Source of the DNA: Promethearchaeota archaeon
GTDB lineage: Archaea; Asgardarchaeota; Lokiarchaeia; Sigyniarchaeales; SOKP01
DNA: 64,000 nucleotides
Assembly: GCA_016839705.1 (NCBI GenBank)
Contig: JAEOTR010000057.1
Coordinates: 32,001 to 96,000, forward strand
Direction: 5' to 3'
Made by a program: the position numbers and the translations under genes. The notes under the pieces were generated by a model. That model saw only the letters and a program-made list of their open reading frames with translations, was not told the origin of the DNA and searched no databases. This document shows positions 18,557 to 29,060 of this stretch, piece by piece. The first letter of the stretch is position 1; the number at the start of each line of letters is the position of its first letter.

Positions 18557-20725
18557 CTATCTAAAATATTCTTTTGAAACAAGTCTACAGAACTTAACTA
18601 ATTTTTCTCCCAAATCTGTTTTATCAGAGGAATTGGTTAAAATCCAGTTTTTATCGTATAATTTATCTAAATAATCTCCTCTAGCATCGATAGAAAATGC
18701 AAACACTTTGAAAATTTTTTTGACATCATGTATTTCCTTAATAGCATTATTTAAACCATAACTTCCGGATCCTGCGGGTTGTCCATCTGATATAACTATG
18801 ATTATTACATTCTTTTCTAATTTTGCGGCTTCGTGTTTTAAAGAAATCCCATCCAAATTACTGCAAACGCTCCCATGGCAACCAAATTTATCAAATTTTT
18901 TTGAATCTGGATTTTCATTAAAATCTTTTAATAATATATTTATAGCATCATATTCTCCAGTAAATAGCACAATCCGTAATTGAGCAATCTCATAAAGGGC
19001 TTCACAGAGCATTATCATAGCGATTTTAGCACACTCTAATTTAATCCCTTCCATACTACCACTAATGTCTACTAATAAAAGAATTTTAAGTTCCTTTTGT
19101 TTAATTTTTCGAGAAAAACATGTCTTATATTTGTAATCACTGGTAACTGCTTTAATGAATTTACTGTTTAATCTCCCCCTTTTTTGGAAGCTGTCAAAAT
19201 CAATTTGATTCTTAAAATCTTTAAAAATGAATTTTATTCGGGTAATTAAATTTCTAAAATTTTTAATAATTTGGTTATAAGAAAGTACAATAGCTTTCAT
19301 TGTTTCATTTTCTATCCTAGTTTCAACTACTTTCCTTTCTCCTTTTCCCTCAGATAATTTGATGAAGCATATTCCTTTATCTATTGTTAAAAACCTCTCT
19401 TCCATCGGATTTTGAGCCTGATTGACTAATTTTAAAAATTCCCCAAGATAATTTCCTTTTTCAAGCTCTTCTTTACTCATCTTTTCTTCATCAAAAGAGC
19501 TAGATAATAATTCTCCTAATTGGTCAATCCTATCTTGTTCATAATTCATTGCATTTTTTCCATTCGTATTTAATCCTTGTTCCATTTTATCAACTTTAGT
19601 ACACTCAGTGTCACTCAGAGCGCTATCAATGTCAGAATTGGGAAATTCATTAAGAGTATCTTTAATCGAGTCTATATTTTCTATCAATTTTTCTATGTCA
19701 TTAGTAGATAAATCTGAATCTTTGATTTTATCAATAACTTTCTCACTGGTAATATCCAACTCTGAATCCTCTGATTTCTCCCATTTATCTGTAAAATCTT
19801 CAAAATGATTTAATAATGGATCTTTTCTCTGAGCGGTATATTCTGGATATGATTTATAGTCATTATCATCATAATAACACGGATCTTCCATAAAATCCGA
19901 ATCTAATTCAGCCTTACTATCTTTTTCAAGATTATTTCTTAATGTGAATTCTCCAGTATCATTTACACTTTCTACAGGCTTATAATCATCCTCCTCGTGG
20001 TCATATTCTTGATATCTAACTTGAGAGGGTGCAGATCCTTTAGATTGAGGTGAGATTCTTTTAATCCTCCTTTTGATATAATATTTCTTTAAAACCTTGG
20101 ATAATTGATCTATTGTAATAATTGAAGAAGTGGGCGTCAGAGTTTTTAACAAAAATGTTTTTGCAACAGATATCGCGTTCCAATCTTCATCAGACATTAA
20201 TCGGGTCCTAAATTTTGGTTTCTTCTGAAAGTCTTTATAATCCTCCATATACAAATTTATATAAACAAGAATATCACCCGATTCTTTCATTCTTAATTTC
20301 AATTCAGGCAATAAACTTTTAGTAAATGTTCTCAAATTTTTATAGAAACCTGGAAATTTTATGTTATTTATTGCATTAATTCTTACATCTTCTGCAACAT
20401 TTATGATTTTTTTCACAATAAATTCTGGAAACGAGTATTTAGTGGCTATTGTTTTAGCCAATTTAATAAAGGATAATTCATATGATCCATAACCTATATG
20501 ACCACTTTCATGAGCAACCAAACCTTGTGAAGATATTATGTCACTCTTAATATCGTTTGGTAAGTAGATAAATCGACCATCGGTAAAAGCTATATGTGAA
20601 CTTTGGTTGAAATTAATTGAAATATCATTGTTACCACTAATTCTTTTAGCGGTGTTTGTTAAGGCAAATAAATCTGAAAGAAAATCTTTCTTAAAAAGCT
20701 CATATAATTCTGTAAATACTCTCAC
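18557..20725 (-). CDS. vWA-domain protein with N-terminal HExxH zincin-like region (CobT/NorD-like MoxR partner)
   Basis: MIDAS DISGS...SDG at C-terminus; AFTDG..., AHESGH, NVAEDVRI at N-terminus; acidic central linker. Confidence 0.85.
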   Translation of the reverse strand: MRVFTELYELFKKDFLSDLFALTNTAKRISGNNDISINFNQSSHIAFTDGRFIYLPNDIKSDIISSQGLVAHESGHIGYGSYELSFIKLAKTIATKYSFPEFIVKKIINVAEDVRINAINNIKFPGFYKNLRTFTKSLLPELKLRMKESGDILVYINLYMEDYKDFQKKPKFRTRLMSDEDWNAISVAKTFLLKTLTPTSSIITIDQLSKVLKKYYIKRRIKRISPQSKGSAPSQVRYQEYDHEEDDYKPVESVNDTGEFTLRNNLEKDSKAELDSDFMEDPCYYDDNDYKSYPEYTAQRKDPLLNHFEDFTDKWEKSEDSELDITSEKVIDKIKDSDLSTNDIEKLIENIDSIKDTLNEFPNSDIDSALSDTECTKVDKMEQGLNTNGKNAMNYEQDRIDQLGELLSSSFDEEKMSKEELEKGNYLGEFLKLVNQAQNPMEERFLTIDKGICFIKLSEGKGERKVVETRIENETMKAIVLSYNQIIKNFRNLITRIKFIFKDFKNQIDFDSFQKRGRLNSKFIKAVTSDYKYKTCFSRKIKQKELKILLLVDISGSMEGIKLECAKIAMIMLCEALYEIAQLRIVLFTGEYDAINILLKDFNENPDSKKFDKFGCHGSVCSNLDGISLKHEAAKLEKNVIIIVISDGQPAGSGSYGLNNAIKEIHDVKKIFKVFAFSIDARGDYLDKLYDKNWILTNSSDKTDLGEKLVKFCRLVSKEYFR

Positions 20726-20755
20726 CTACAATTATGTATAAATTTTTGTTGACCA

Positions 20756-22009
20756 CTAAAATATTGGGCTATCATTTTTCATGAAATTCATTAACTCCTG
20801 CTTTTTATACCGATATAACCACTTAATATAATTAAGAGTTATTTCTCCTCGAAAGAGATAATTTTTTCCTGTGTCTTTCTTATAGAGTTCGTGTAAGCCT
20901 TTTTTTTTGGTCAAAAAAATATAATCCTGAAAGGTCTTTCTATTGTAACACCAAAACCAATCAATGAATTTCCACATTATCCCCCCATTTTTCTTTAGAG
21001 CATTATCTTGTTTATAAAAATGAATATATTTAATAACATGTTTCTTCATATTGGTTATTATTCTTTGTTCTTCTGTTTCGCTTAACTCGATTTCTTCCTC
21101 TTGGATGACTTTAGAGTTTCCTTCAGGGGATAGAACTCCTCTCAATTTGCTCTCAAACATTTTGCCATCTAATATCATAGCTATACTCTTTTTCTCTTCT
21201 TGATTTTCCCCTAATTTGTTTATAATTATATTTTCAATATTATTTCTCAGAAACTTGGGGGGCATACTGGAAACAACTAAGCAAAAATTTACGACTAGAC
21301 GGGTTGAAAAAATTTTTGTTATAGAAAAGTCTTTAGTAGCTTGCTTTCTTATTTGCCTAGCGGCGTCAACAACGATTTCTGCTAATTTTCTATCACATCC
21401 AGACATTTTAGTTGCGATTTCAATTTCTTTTGGTTTTATCGGGTAATCTATTTCAGGGCTCGCAATGAAGCGATCTTCAAAAGCTTCTTGAAGCTTATTA
21501 ATCCCAATTACACCCTTATTTAATGTGCCAATTATTACAAGTTTACTCTTCGGATTTAATTCGTATCTTTCAAAACCTTTAGATATCAAATTAAGGTGAT
21601 TCTCTGATAGCAATGAATTTAATGAAATCTGTTCACTTTCTCGAATAGCGTTTACTTCATTAATTATAATAAAAGAAATCCCCTTCTTATTAGCATCTTC
21701 TATAGCTCTAGTCAAAGGGCCAAAATTAAATCTTGTCTCTCCTTTAAATAATTCCCAGTAACCCTCAATATCACGTCTATCAAGGTCAGGAGATCCATCA
21801 ATGATGTAATAATGAGCGTTAAAAGAATTTGCCAGTGTTATCGCGAGTAAAGTTTTTCCTGTACCAGGAGGTCCATGCAATAAAACACCCATACATGTCC
21901 CTTCCTCAACTGATTTAATTAAATTCTTTAAATAATCAAATTCATCATTTTGCTGAATATAACCATAATTACTACGGTTTTGTGAGATTAAAATAATTGA
22001 TTCCTCCAA
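20756..22009 (-). CDS. MoxR/CbbQ/NorQ-type AAA+ ATPase with C-terminal extension
   Basis: GPPGTGKT, FNFGPLTRA, IINEVN, AFEDRF, sensor II STR; adjacent to the vWA gene. Confidence 0.88.
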   Translation of the reverse strand: MEESIILISQNRSNYGYIQQNDEFDYLKNLIKSVEEGTCMGVLLHGPPGTGKTLLAITLANSFNAHYYIIDGSPDLDRRDIEGYWELFKGETRFNFGPLTRAIEDANKKGISFIIINEVNAIRESEQISLNSLLSENHLNLISKGFERYELNPKSKLVIIGTLNKGVIGINKLQEAFEDRFIASPEIDYPIKPKEIEIATKMSGCDRKLAEIVVDAARQIRKQATKDFSITKIFSTRLVVNFCLVVSSMPPKFLRNNIENIIINKLGENQEEKKSIAMILDGKMFESKLRGVLSPEGNSKVIQEEEIELSETEEQRIITNMKKHVIKYIHFYKQDNALKKNGGIMWKFIDWFWCYNRKTFQDYIFLTKKKGLHELYKKDTGKNYLFRGEITLNYIKWLYRYKKQELMNFMKNDSPIF

Positions 22010-22218
22010 AGTTTTAATTTACTTGCTTATATTATATATCCTTCAAAATTAAATTACCCCAAATATGAAATATTGAAATACAAATAATTCTAATTATAAA
22101 TTTTTATGTCTTGGTGATTATTTGTTATTCTCCAATAATATTTAAAAAATAAGTGTATATCAAATTAGTAAAAAAAAGGATATCACTTTACTTTTACATA
22201 ATAGGTTAAGATAAATGA

Positions 22219-23034
22219 TTAAGGTGCCACAATCAAAATAACTATATAAACAAGCATTAAATTCCCTAGTATAATCCCTGTATCTTTTAGAGAGGATCTT
22301 CCTAATAAATTATTTCTCGGGGTTCTAAATACATATAAGATCCCGATTGGAAAGAATAAAATTGGAATGAATACTAAATACAGAGTTATAATAAACGATA
22401 CTATTGCTATAATTAATGATATGATTGATGCTATCCAAATTACTAACTGAGATGTTCTTGGTTTTAACTTAGATAAAGAATCCCCGTCAATCATTTCGTG
22501 AACCATTTGACCTGTAAACGCTACAGAAATAACTGTGCCTAATATTAAAGATTCGGCTAATGTAAGATTTGGTAAAAAGCCCATGATAATATCTCCCGCA
22601 TTAATTTTAATCATAAACCATGGTAAAACAATGTGTGAAGTGCCTAAGATTATATGGTTTATAATCGTAAGAGATTTAAAAAAACAGTAAAAAACAACCA
22701 TTAACACAATTAAAATTAAGTAAACTGCGAGTAATGGATTAACTAAGATCTCATTTGCAAAACAAGTAGTTCCTAAAACAAAACTTCCAATTGAGATCAC
22801 TAATATTTCCTTGCGAGAATATCCTTTCACTCTTTCTAAAGTTTCCTTCTCATTCGGATCTTTCATATCAATTACATCATTTAGAGTATTTCCCGTTATG
22901 GCATAAAACATAAAACCAGTTAAAATCCAAATATGAGAGATCAAATCGTAATTGTTTAAATAGATACACAATAAACATGGTATTAATACGGAGAAAACAT
23001 ATTCAACTCGAAGGAGCCTAAAGCCTTTACTCAT
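22219..23034 (-). CDS. UbiA-family intramembrane prenyltransferase
   Basis: LLR near N-terminus, GNTLNDVIDMKD Asp-rich motif, about 9 TM segments. Confidence 0.72.
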   Translation of the reverse strand: MSKGFRLLRVEYVFSVLIPCLLCIYLNNYDLISHIWILTGFMFYAITGNTLNDVIDMKDPNEKETLERVKGYSRKEILVISIGSFVLGTTCFANEILVNPLLAVYLILIVLMVVFYCFFKSLTIINHIILGTSHIVLPWFMIKINAGDIIMGFLPNLTLAESLILGTVISVAFTGQMVHEMIDGDSLSKLKPRTSQLVIWIASIISLIIAIVSFIITLYLVFIPILFFPIGILYVFRTPRNNLLGRSSLKDTGIILGNLMLVYIVILIVAP

Positions 23035-23234
23035 ATAAAATAATCACATTACTCATGATACTAAATTAATTTCTAGTATAATCAAAAAGATTTAAGATTT
23101 CTGAGATAAATCCATATATATTAAAGATTAGAGGAAAGAACATAGATCGTTTAGTTAAAAAATTGTAATATTTTGTTAAATGAAGAGAAAAATCCAACAA
23201 TTTATTTTGGAACATAAATTTGAGTGTAATACTT

Positions 23235-24071
23235 ATGGAAAACTATATCCTTTTAGTAGATTGCACGGATGAAAAAGGACTCATCCATAAAATAACCGGT
23301 GTCCTATATGATCAGGGTTTAAATATAATTAGCAATAGCGAATTTGTTGAAGAAGAAAGCAATCATTTCTTCATGCGTTCAGAATTTACCGGAGATATCA
23401 ATGGTAATGCTATCCTTAATCAATTAAGAGAGGTTTTGCCTAAGGATTCAACCAGCAAACTAATTAAATTTAGAAAAAAGAGAATAGTCGTATTTGTGAG
23501 TAAAGAACATCACTGTCTAGGAGATCTTTTAGTAAAGAATGAATTTAATGAAATGAATGCTGAAATTCTTGCCATTATCAGCAATCATTCAGTCTTAGAA
23601 TCATTAGTTGAAAAATTTAATATCCCATTTTACTATGAGAGTCATCAAAATAAGACGAGAGAAGATCATGAGGAAAAAATTTTAGAAATCCTCAAGAAAT
23701 ATGAACCTGATTATTTAATTCTCGCTAAGTATATGCGAATCTTAACTTCCAATTTCCTATCAAAATATGAAAATAAAATAATTAATATCCATCATTCCTT
23801 CCTACCTGCTTTTATTGGAGTAAATCCTTATGAGCAAGCATTCAAACGAGGTGTTAAGATCATTGGCGCTACATCACACATTGTTACGGAAGAATTAGAT
23901 GAAGGGCCGATAATAGCTCAAGAAATTATTAATATTAATCATAAATATACTGTAAAAGATATGAAACAAGCAGGGAGAGAAGTTGAAATTTCTGCTCTAT
24001 CAAAAGCAATGAAGCTTGTATTTGAAGATAGAGTTTTTTTAAGTAATAATAAAACAATAATATTTGAGTGA
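23235..24071 (+). CDS. purU: Formyltetrahydrofolate deformylase
   Basis: N-terminal ACT (CTDEKGL), SKEHHCLGDLL, LAKYMRIL, INIHHSFLPAF, GVKIIGATSH, LDEGPII. Confidence 0.96.
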   Translation: MENYILLVDCTDEKGLIHKITGVLYDQGLNIISNSEFVEEESNHFFMRSEFTGDINGNAILNQLREVLPKDSTSKLIKFRKKRIVVFVSKEHHCLGDLLVKNEFNEMNAEILAIISNHSVLESLVEKFNIPFYYESHQNKTREDHEEKILEILKKYEPDYLILAKYMRILTSNFLSKYENKIINIHHSFLPAFIGVNPYEQAFKRGVKIIGATSHIVTEELDEGPIIAQEIININHKYTVKDMKQAGREVEISALSKAMKLVFEDRVFLSNNKTIIFE

Positions 24072-24081
24072 ATTTCTACAT

Positions 24082-24312
24082 TTATATTTCTCTGAGAACG
24101 ACTACTTCTTCTGGCAAGTAAATTTTTAAGATATCTCCTAGTATCTTATCATCCGTTATTGGTATCCCTCTGATCATGAATTGGGATTTTTTAAGAGGAT
24201 CTATATCCCATTTATATTCACTTAGAAGATATCTTTTTATTTCAATAAATTTTTCATCTGGATCGATCATAAAATCATCCATTAGCTTTTCGATATCCTT
24301 TACTTTAACCAT
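24082..24312 (-). CDS. Ubiquitin-like (beta-grasp) protein without C-terminal GG
   Basis: 76 aa; FMIDPDEKFIEIKRYL and QFMIRGIPITDDKILGD align with ubiquitin LEVEPSDTIENVKAKI and [17 protein letters not shown]. Confidence 0.6.
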   Translation of the reverse strand: MVKVKDIEKLMDDFMIDPDEKFIEIKRYLLSEYKWDIDPLKKSQFMIRGIPITDDKILGDILKIYLPEEVVVLREI

Positions 24313-24531
24313 TTACCGGTCGCCTACGCTAAAATATAATTTGATAGGTATACTTCCATGTATTATAAATAGTTAGGTTTGATATATTTTTTATTTAATT
24401 TAGAATTCACTAAATTAAAACATTTATCAAATGATTTATGGTTTTTTTAAATGAATTTGGAAACATATAAAAATTAGTCTTTTTATTTAAAATCTAAAAA
24501 TCAATATGAGCACTAGTCAGATAGGACAGAA

Positions 24532-25008
24532 TTGCCTATGAAAAAAATCAAATGGAAAGAGAAATCTACGGAATGGATAGAGAATTTAAAAGAGAGTTTT
24601 TTAAAAAGTATTATTTACAGAGTAATAACAATTTCCCTCGGGATGTTAGTTGCTTTTATAATTACTGGGAGTTTAGCTGCTGCACTTTCGCTAGGGATTA
24701 TAACCGAAACAGTTCAATTTTTTAATTATTTCATTTATGAATCAGTATGGACTAATTTTCATGACAAACGATTAAAGAGAAAGATTCTTGAGACGAAAGA
24801 AGTTAATATCAAATTTGATTTTGAATTAATTAAGGATATTTCATATGATTTTTCTCAAACAGATACTTTTGTTAAGGAAACTCATGATTCGATTATAAGA
24901 TTTTTTGAAAGAATTTTAGAAAATACCAACCTAGGTGAAATACATGAAAGTATTCTTAGGGATAAGTCACATTTTGAACTCAAACACAAACAAAGAAGTT
25001 TTAAGTAA
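24532..25008 (+). CDS. DUF2061-like membrane protein with C-terminal helical domain
   Basis: SFLKSIIYRV...ITGS...ALSLG...YFIYESVW pattern. Confidence 0.7.
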   Translation: MPMKKIKWKEKSTEWIENLKESFLKSIIYRVITISLGMLVAFIITGSLAAALSLGIITETVQFFNYFIYESVWTNFHDKRLKRKILETKEVNIKFDFELIKDISYDFSQTDTFVKETHDSIIRFFERILENTNLGEIHESILRDKSHFELKHKQRSFK

Positions 25009-25032
25009 TATTATCAATTAAGGCTTTTCCTA

Positions 25033-25836
25033 TTAAGGAATAAAATACATTCTGATCGCTAATCCTATAAGAATAATAGCTACAAAAAATTGTAAAATAT
25101 GCTTATGTATTTTTTTTGAGAACTTTGTGCCGAAAATAGAACCAATTATCGCTCCAATGCCAATCAGAAGTCCAATGAAATAATGAATTTCTCCAAAAGT
25201 TACTCTAACCGCAGTATTGTATATCCCAATCAAAAAAATCGTCGCTGTTGATACCGCTGTTGCGAAGTGAATTGGTAGTTTGAAAATTATGCTCAGAATT
25301 GGGACGAATAGCATACCTCCCCCGATTCCGCATAGGTAGGCAACAAAACCCGCTAAAAAGAATAAAGGAATTGCTTTTGTTAAATTTGATTTTTTTATGA
25401 AATTATCATAAGAAAATTCTAACTCCAGATTTTTTCCATCTAATCTTTCTGCTTTAGAAGAATTATATGCTTTACGTATCATATTTAACCCTGAAAAAAG
25501 TACTATTGAGGCTATAACAATTTTTAAGATTGAGTTATCAATTGGTATAAACATAAAAAAGACTGTCGCACTGATACTTCCTAATAAAGCAAAACTTGCA
25601 AACATTAATGAAATTTTGAAATTGATTTTCCCTTGTTTAAAATAACTAATAAATGCTATACCAGAGAAGAGAAAAATAATGAACGTAGATGTATCTCTCG
25701 CTTCATTAATTGGAATAGCAAGTAATAAAATCATAGTACTCATATAAAAAGCTCCACCTCCGATTCCTGCAATGGAGCCAATAATTCCAAATAAAACACC
25801 AAAAACAACTAAGATGATGATTATAAATGCATCCAT
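25033..25836 (-). CDS. Sulfite exporter TauE/SafE family
   Basis: Duplicated GIGGG motifs, about 8 TM segments. Confidence 0.9.
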   Translation of the reverse strand: MDAFIIIILVVFGVLFGIIGSIAGIGGGAFYMSTMILLLAIPINEARDTSTFIIFLFSGIAFISYFKQGKINFKISLMFASFALLGSISATVFFMFIPIDNSILKIVIASIVLFSGLNMIRKAYNSSKAERLDGKNLELEFSYDNFIKKSNLTKAIPLFFLAGFVAYLCGIGGGMLFVPILSIIFKLPIHFATAVSTATIFLIGIYNTAVRVTFGEIHYFIGLLIGIGAIIGSIFGTKFSKKIHKHILQFFVAIILIGLAIRMYFIP

Positions 25837-25968
25837 AAAAAGTGAAATATGATATTTTATTATTAGTTTTCTAAAAATTCGAGGGGTAGAAGGAACAATA
25901 ATAAATTAAAAAAAAGAGATTATTATAATAGAAAAAAATTAAAAACTCAATTTATTTTATGTTTTAAT

Positions 25969-26385
25969 ATGCCCAATTCTAATGCTGACAAACTCCTACT
26001 TGAATTAGTAGCGTGTGATCGTTGTAAAAATGCCTTTATGATGAATAAAGGAGAGAAATTGAGAAAACAAGAAAATAATGAAGAGCTTGTTTGCAAAAAT
26101 TGCATAAAATTAGAAGAAAGAAAGAAACAACTTGAATTGGGTGTAATAAATAACCTGATTGAATCGCATAAAGAAATAGAAGTTTCCATATTAGAAGTTA
26201 AAGATAATATAGATATTTCTAAGTCTGAGTTTAATAAGCAACATTTTTTAGAGAGAATTAAGAAAAGATCTCAAGCTCTTACCAAATCAATTGAACTTTT
26301 ACAAAAAATTGTTGAATCTAACGATGAAAAGTATATCAATGATTATAAGAAACTATTCGAAAAACTAAAGGAAGATTTGTCTTAA
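25969..26385 (+). CDS. Hypothetical zinc-finger plus coiled-coil protein
   Basis: CDRC...CKNC followed by a long E/K-rich helix. Confidence 0.7.
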   Translation: MPNSNADKLLLELVACDRCKNAFMMNKGEKLRKQENNEELVCKNCIKLEERKKQLELGVINNLIESHKEIEVSILEVKDNIDISKSEFNKQHFLERIKKRSQALTKSIELLQKIVESNDEKYINDYKKLFEKLKEDLS

Positions 26386-26411
26386 TTTTTTACCATTAAT
26401 TCGATGTAATG

Positions 26412-27215
26412 TTAGATTTTTTTAAAAATAAACGCAATGTTCATTATTTTCTTTAAGGACTGGTATTTCGCATCAATCTTCATGAGGTTAGATAGAATAT
26501 TTACAATTAAATCCCAGATTTTACCAAATATATAGTTGTTTTCATATCTACATCTCAGAGTACTTATATTTTTTTCAACTTTAGAGGGATTTGTTGATTG
26601 GATATCTGAGATTCGCATTAATTGCCCATATATTCCAAATGTCTTGAGATGTTTTAAATTAAATTTTCTGAAGAGGTGTATTATTTCTTCAATTTCATAT
26701 CTTCTACGGTGTCCAATTAATTTATCTTGATATGTGTAATATTTCATTCTATGAGGAACAGTTATGATGACTAATCCATTTCTTTTAAGAACTCTGCTCA
26801 TCTCTGAAATCGCTAATTGGTCTTTTTTAACATGTTCTAACACATCAAGAGCACTTATAAACTCAATGGAGTTGTTTCTATAGGGTAAACTTATAAGATC
26901 CCCACATAAAGGGTGCCACCCATTTTCATTAGTATATTGGGTTAAAGGAAGACTTGCAATATCAAAGAAAGATTTAATCTCAACATTATCTAAATGGGTG
27001 AGAATGGAATTACCAGAAGAACCAAGATCAATACCGTGGTTAAATTTTCTATTATGACTCAAACTTGCCTTTATAAGGTCAAATTTACATTTTATCCCCG
27101 GAGATATATTATATTCTAACGCAGTCCTACACGAAAAGTTCTTATGCTTGTCGTAAAATTCTTTTAGCATTTCATAATCGGATAATTTTTTATTACTAAG
27201 TTTAAAAATATTCAA
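26412..27215 (-). CDS. Class I SAM-dependent methyltransferase (type 11)
   Basis: IDLGS, GDLISLPY, LDVLEHV, RVLKRNG, TVP, GHRRRY. Confidence 0.85.
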   Translation of the reverse strand: MNIFKLSNKKLSDYEMLKEFYDKHKNFSCRTALEYNISPGIKCKFDLIKASLSHNRKFNHGIDLGSSGNSILTHLDNVEIKSFFDIASLPLTQYTNENGWHPLCGDLISLPYRNNSIEFISALDVLEHVKKDQLAISEMSRVLKRNGLVIITVPHRMKYYTYQDKLIGHRRRYEIEEIIHLFRKFNLKHLKTFGIYGQLMRISDIQSTNPSKVEKNISTLRCRYENNYIFGKIWDLIVNILSNLMKIDAKYQSLKKIMNIAFIFKKI

Positions 27216-27258
27216 ATATTAAAATTTAACATCTAGCAATCAAAGTGTCAAATTTAAG

Positions 27259-27663
27259 ATGATTCAATTAAGTGTGTTCCTAGACGATCGACCCGGCATG
27301 TTAGCTAAATTCATTAAACTTCTAATGGATAACAAAATTTTTATTAGAGCTTTAACTGTTGCAAAAACACCTGAATATGGATTACTATTGATCTTAGTAG
27401 ATAAACCAAAAGAGTGTATTGATCTTTTAGAGGAAAATAATTACCTTCTTTCCACCACAGAAGTTATTGCTATTAGATTAAACGATCATCCACAAGCATT
27501 ATATGAGATTCCAAAATCCTTAGGCGATAATAAAATCAATATTGATTATTGCTATTCTACTTTAGTAAAAGATGATTCCATGTTGATTGTGCGTGTGGAA
27601 GACGATTTTATCAATGAAGCAGTAGAAACACTGCAAAAAACAGGATTCACAATTATTGAATAA
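27259..27663 (+). CDS. Tandem ACT-domain protein
   Basis: QLSVFLDDRPGML and second ACT DHPQAL...INIDYCY; a family often found with Ior/aryl-CoA ligase genes. Confidence 0.85.
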   Translation: MIQLSVFLDDRPGMLAKFIKLLMDNKIFIRALTVAKTPEYGLLLILVDKPKECIDLLEENNYLLSTTEVIAIRLNDHPQALYEIPKSLGDNKINIDYCYSTLVKDDSMLIVRVEDDFINEAVETLQKTGFTIIE

Positions 27664-27664
27664 T

Positions 27665-29056
27665 CTAATTTTCATTACTTTGATTCAACTTTTTCAATAA
27701 TCTCATTCTTTCTACTAATATTTTTATTGCAAAGGTCGCATCATGAGGGGTATAAAAAATTGCTGCTTTTTCTCGTCTTGAATGTTCCCTTAAATCCTTA
27801 AATTCTTCACTAAACAAAATCAATGAAATTAACGGCTTCTTTCTGTCAGTATCATTCCAAGCTCTTATTATCCCTCTGTAGTGTTCATCGGGTTTCATTT
27901 CTAAAAAGGGGGGGACAACAACAGAGGCAACTACTATACTAATATTCGCATCTTCAAGCATCAACTTTGTGATATTGTAATATGTTTCTTCATCTGCTCC
28001 TCCAATCATATCGAGAGGATTTACTACTTTGACTAAAGGTATTAAATAAGTGGATAATTTTTCTACTAAAGTACCAGAAAAATCCGCTAATTCTAATTTA
28101 AATTGTTCTATTTTGTCACTAAATAACACAGAACTTCCTCCGCTATTAGTAAGAACACCTATTTTCTCTCCTTGAGGTATTGGTAAAAAAGAGAAAGTTT
28201 TAAGAGCTGTAATATAATCATTTGCATTCTCACACAATACTATCCCCTTTTGTTTTAAAGATGATTTTAACACTTTGTAATTTGTTGCTATTGAACCAGT
28301 ATGGCTACTAGCAGCCTTCATCCCTAAATGTGTTCTACCTCCTTTTAAAACAATAACGGGTTTATTAGGGATAATTCTATTAACCGTTTCAAGGAACTTT
28401 CTTCCATTTTCAATTGTTTCTATATATACACAAATTAGTTGAGTATGTTCATCTGTGTTTAAAAATTCTAAGATTTCACTGAAAGATACATCCACTCCAT
28501 TACCAATATTAGCGAATTTAGTGCATCCAATATATTCTCTTTCCATTGCATAAAAGGTTGCGCATCCAAAGGAACCGGATTGACTTAGCATACCAATATC
28601 TCCCAATGGAGCAGTTTGGATAAAGGAAGCATTTAATCCCGTATTTAAATTTTGAATTCCAACACAATTTGGCCCCATTACGCGAATTCCTGCATTATTA
28701 CACCTCTTAGCAATCTCAATTTCATTTATCTTTCCCTCTTCATTTATTTCACCAAAACCTGCGGTAATGATTATAATCCCCTTAACCTCTTTTTTAATAC
28801 ATTGGTTAATGACTTCATCAATGGCTTTTGCGGGAACCAATATTATTGCTACATCAATATCTTTAGGGATGTCTAAGATTGATCTATAACATTCTAAACC
28901 AGAGATTTCCTGACTTTTACGGGAAACAAGAAATAATTCACTTTGAAGATTTGAATTCTGAAGGAGGTTGATAGTTACTGCATTACCAAATTTTTTTGGA
29001 TTACTTGTTGCTCCAATCACAGCAATGGATTTAGGATTAAAAAAAAATGAGACCAT
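27665..29056 (-). CDS. Acyl-CoA synthetase (ADP-forming), alpha subunit
   Basis: FNPKSIAVIGA, GPNCVG, SQSG, LKGGRT..AASSHTG phospho-His, TNSGG, NPLD; start at MVSFF after a GGAGGG SD. Confidence 0.92.
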   Translation of the reverse strand: MVSFFFNPKSIAVIGATSNPKKFGNAVTINLLQNSNLQSELFLVSRKSQEISGLECYRSILDIPKDIDVAIILVPAKAIDEVINQCIKKEVKGIIIITAGFGEINEEGKINEIEIAKRCNNAGIRVMGPNCVGIQNLNTGLNASFIQTAPLGDIGMLSQSGSFGCATFYAMEREYIGCTKFANIGNGVDVSFSEILEFLNTDEHTQLICVYIETIENGRKFLETVNRIIPNKPVIVLKGGRTHLGMKAASSHTGSIATNYKVLKSSLKQKGIVLCENANDYITALKTFSFLPIPQGEKIGVLTNSGGSSVLFSDKIEQFKLELADFSGTLVEKLSTYLIPLVKVVNPLDMIGGADEETYYNITKLMLEDANISIVVASVVVPPFLEMKPDEHYRGIIRAWNDTDRKKPLISLILFSEEFKDLREHSRREKAAIFYTPHDATFAIKILVERMRLLKKLNQSNEN

Positions 29057-29060
29057 TGTA

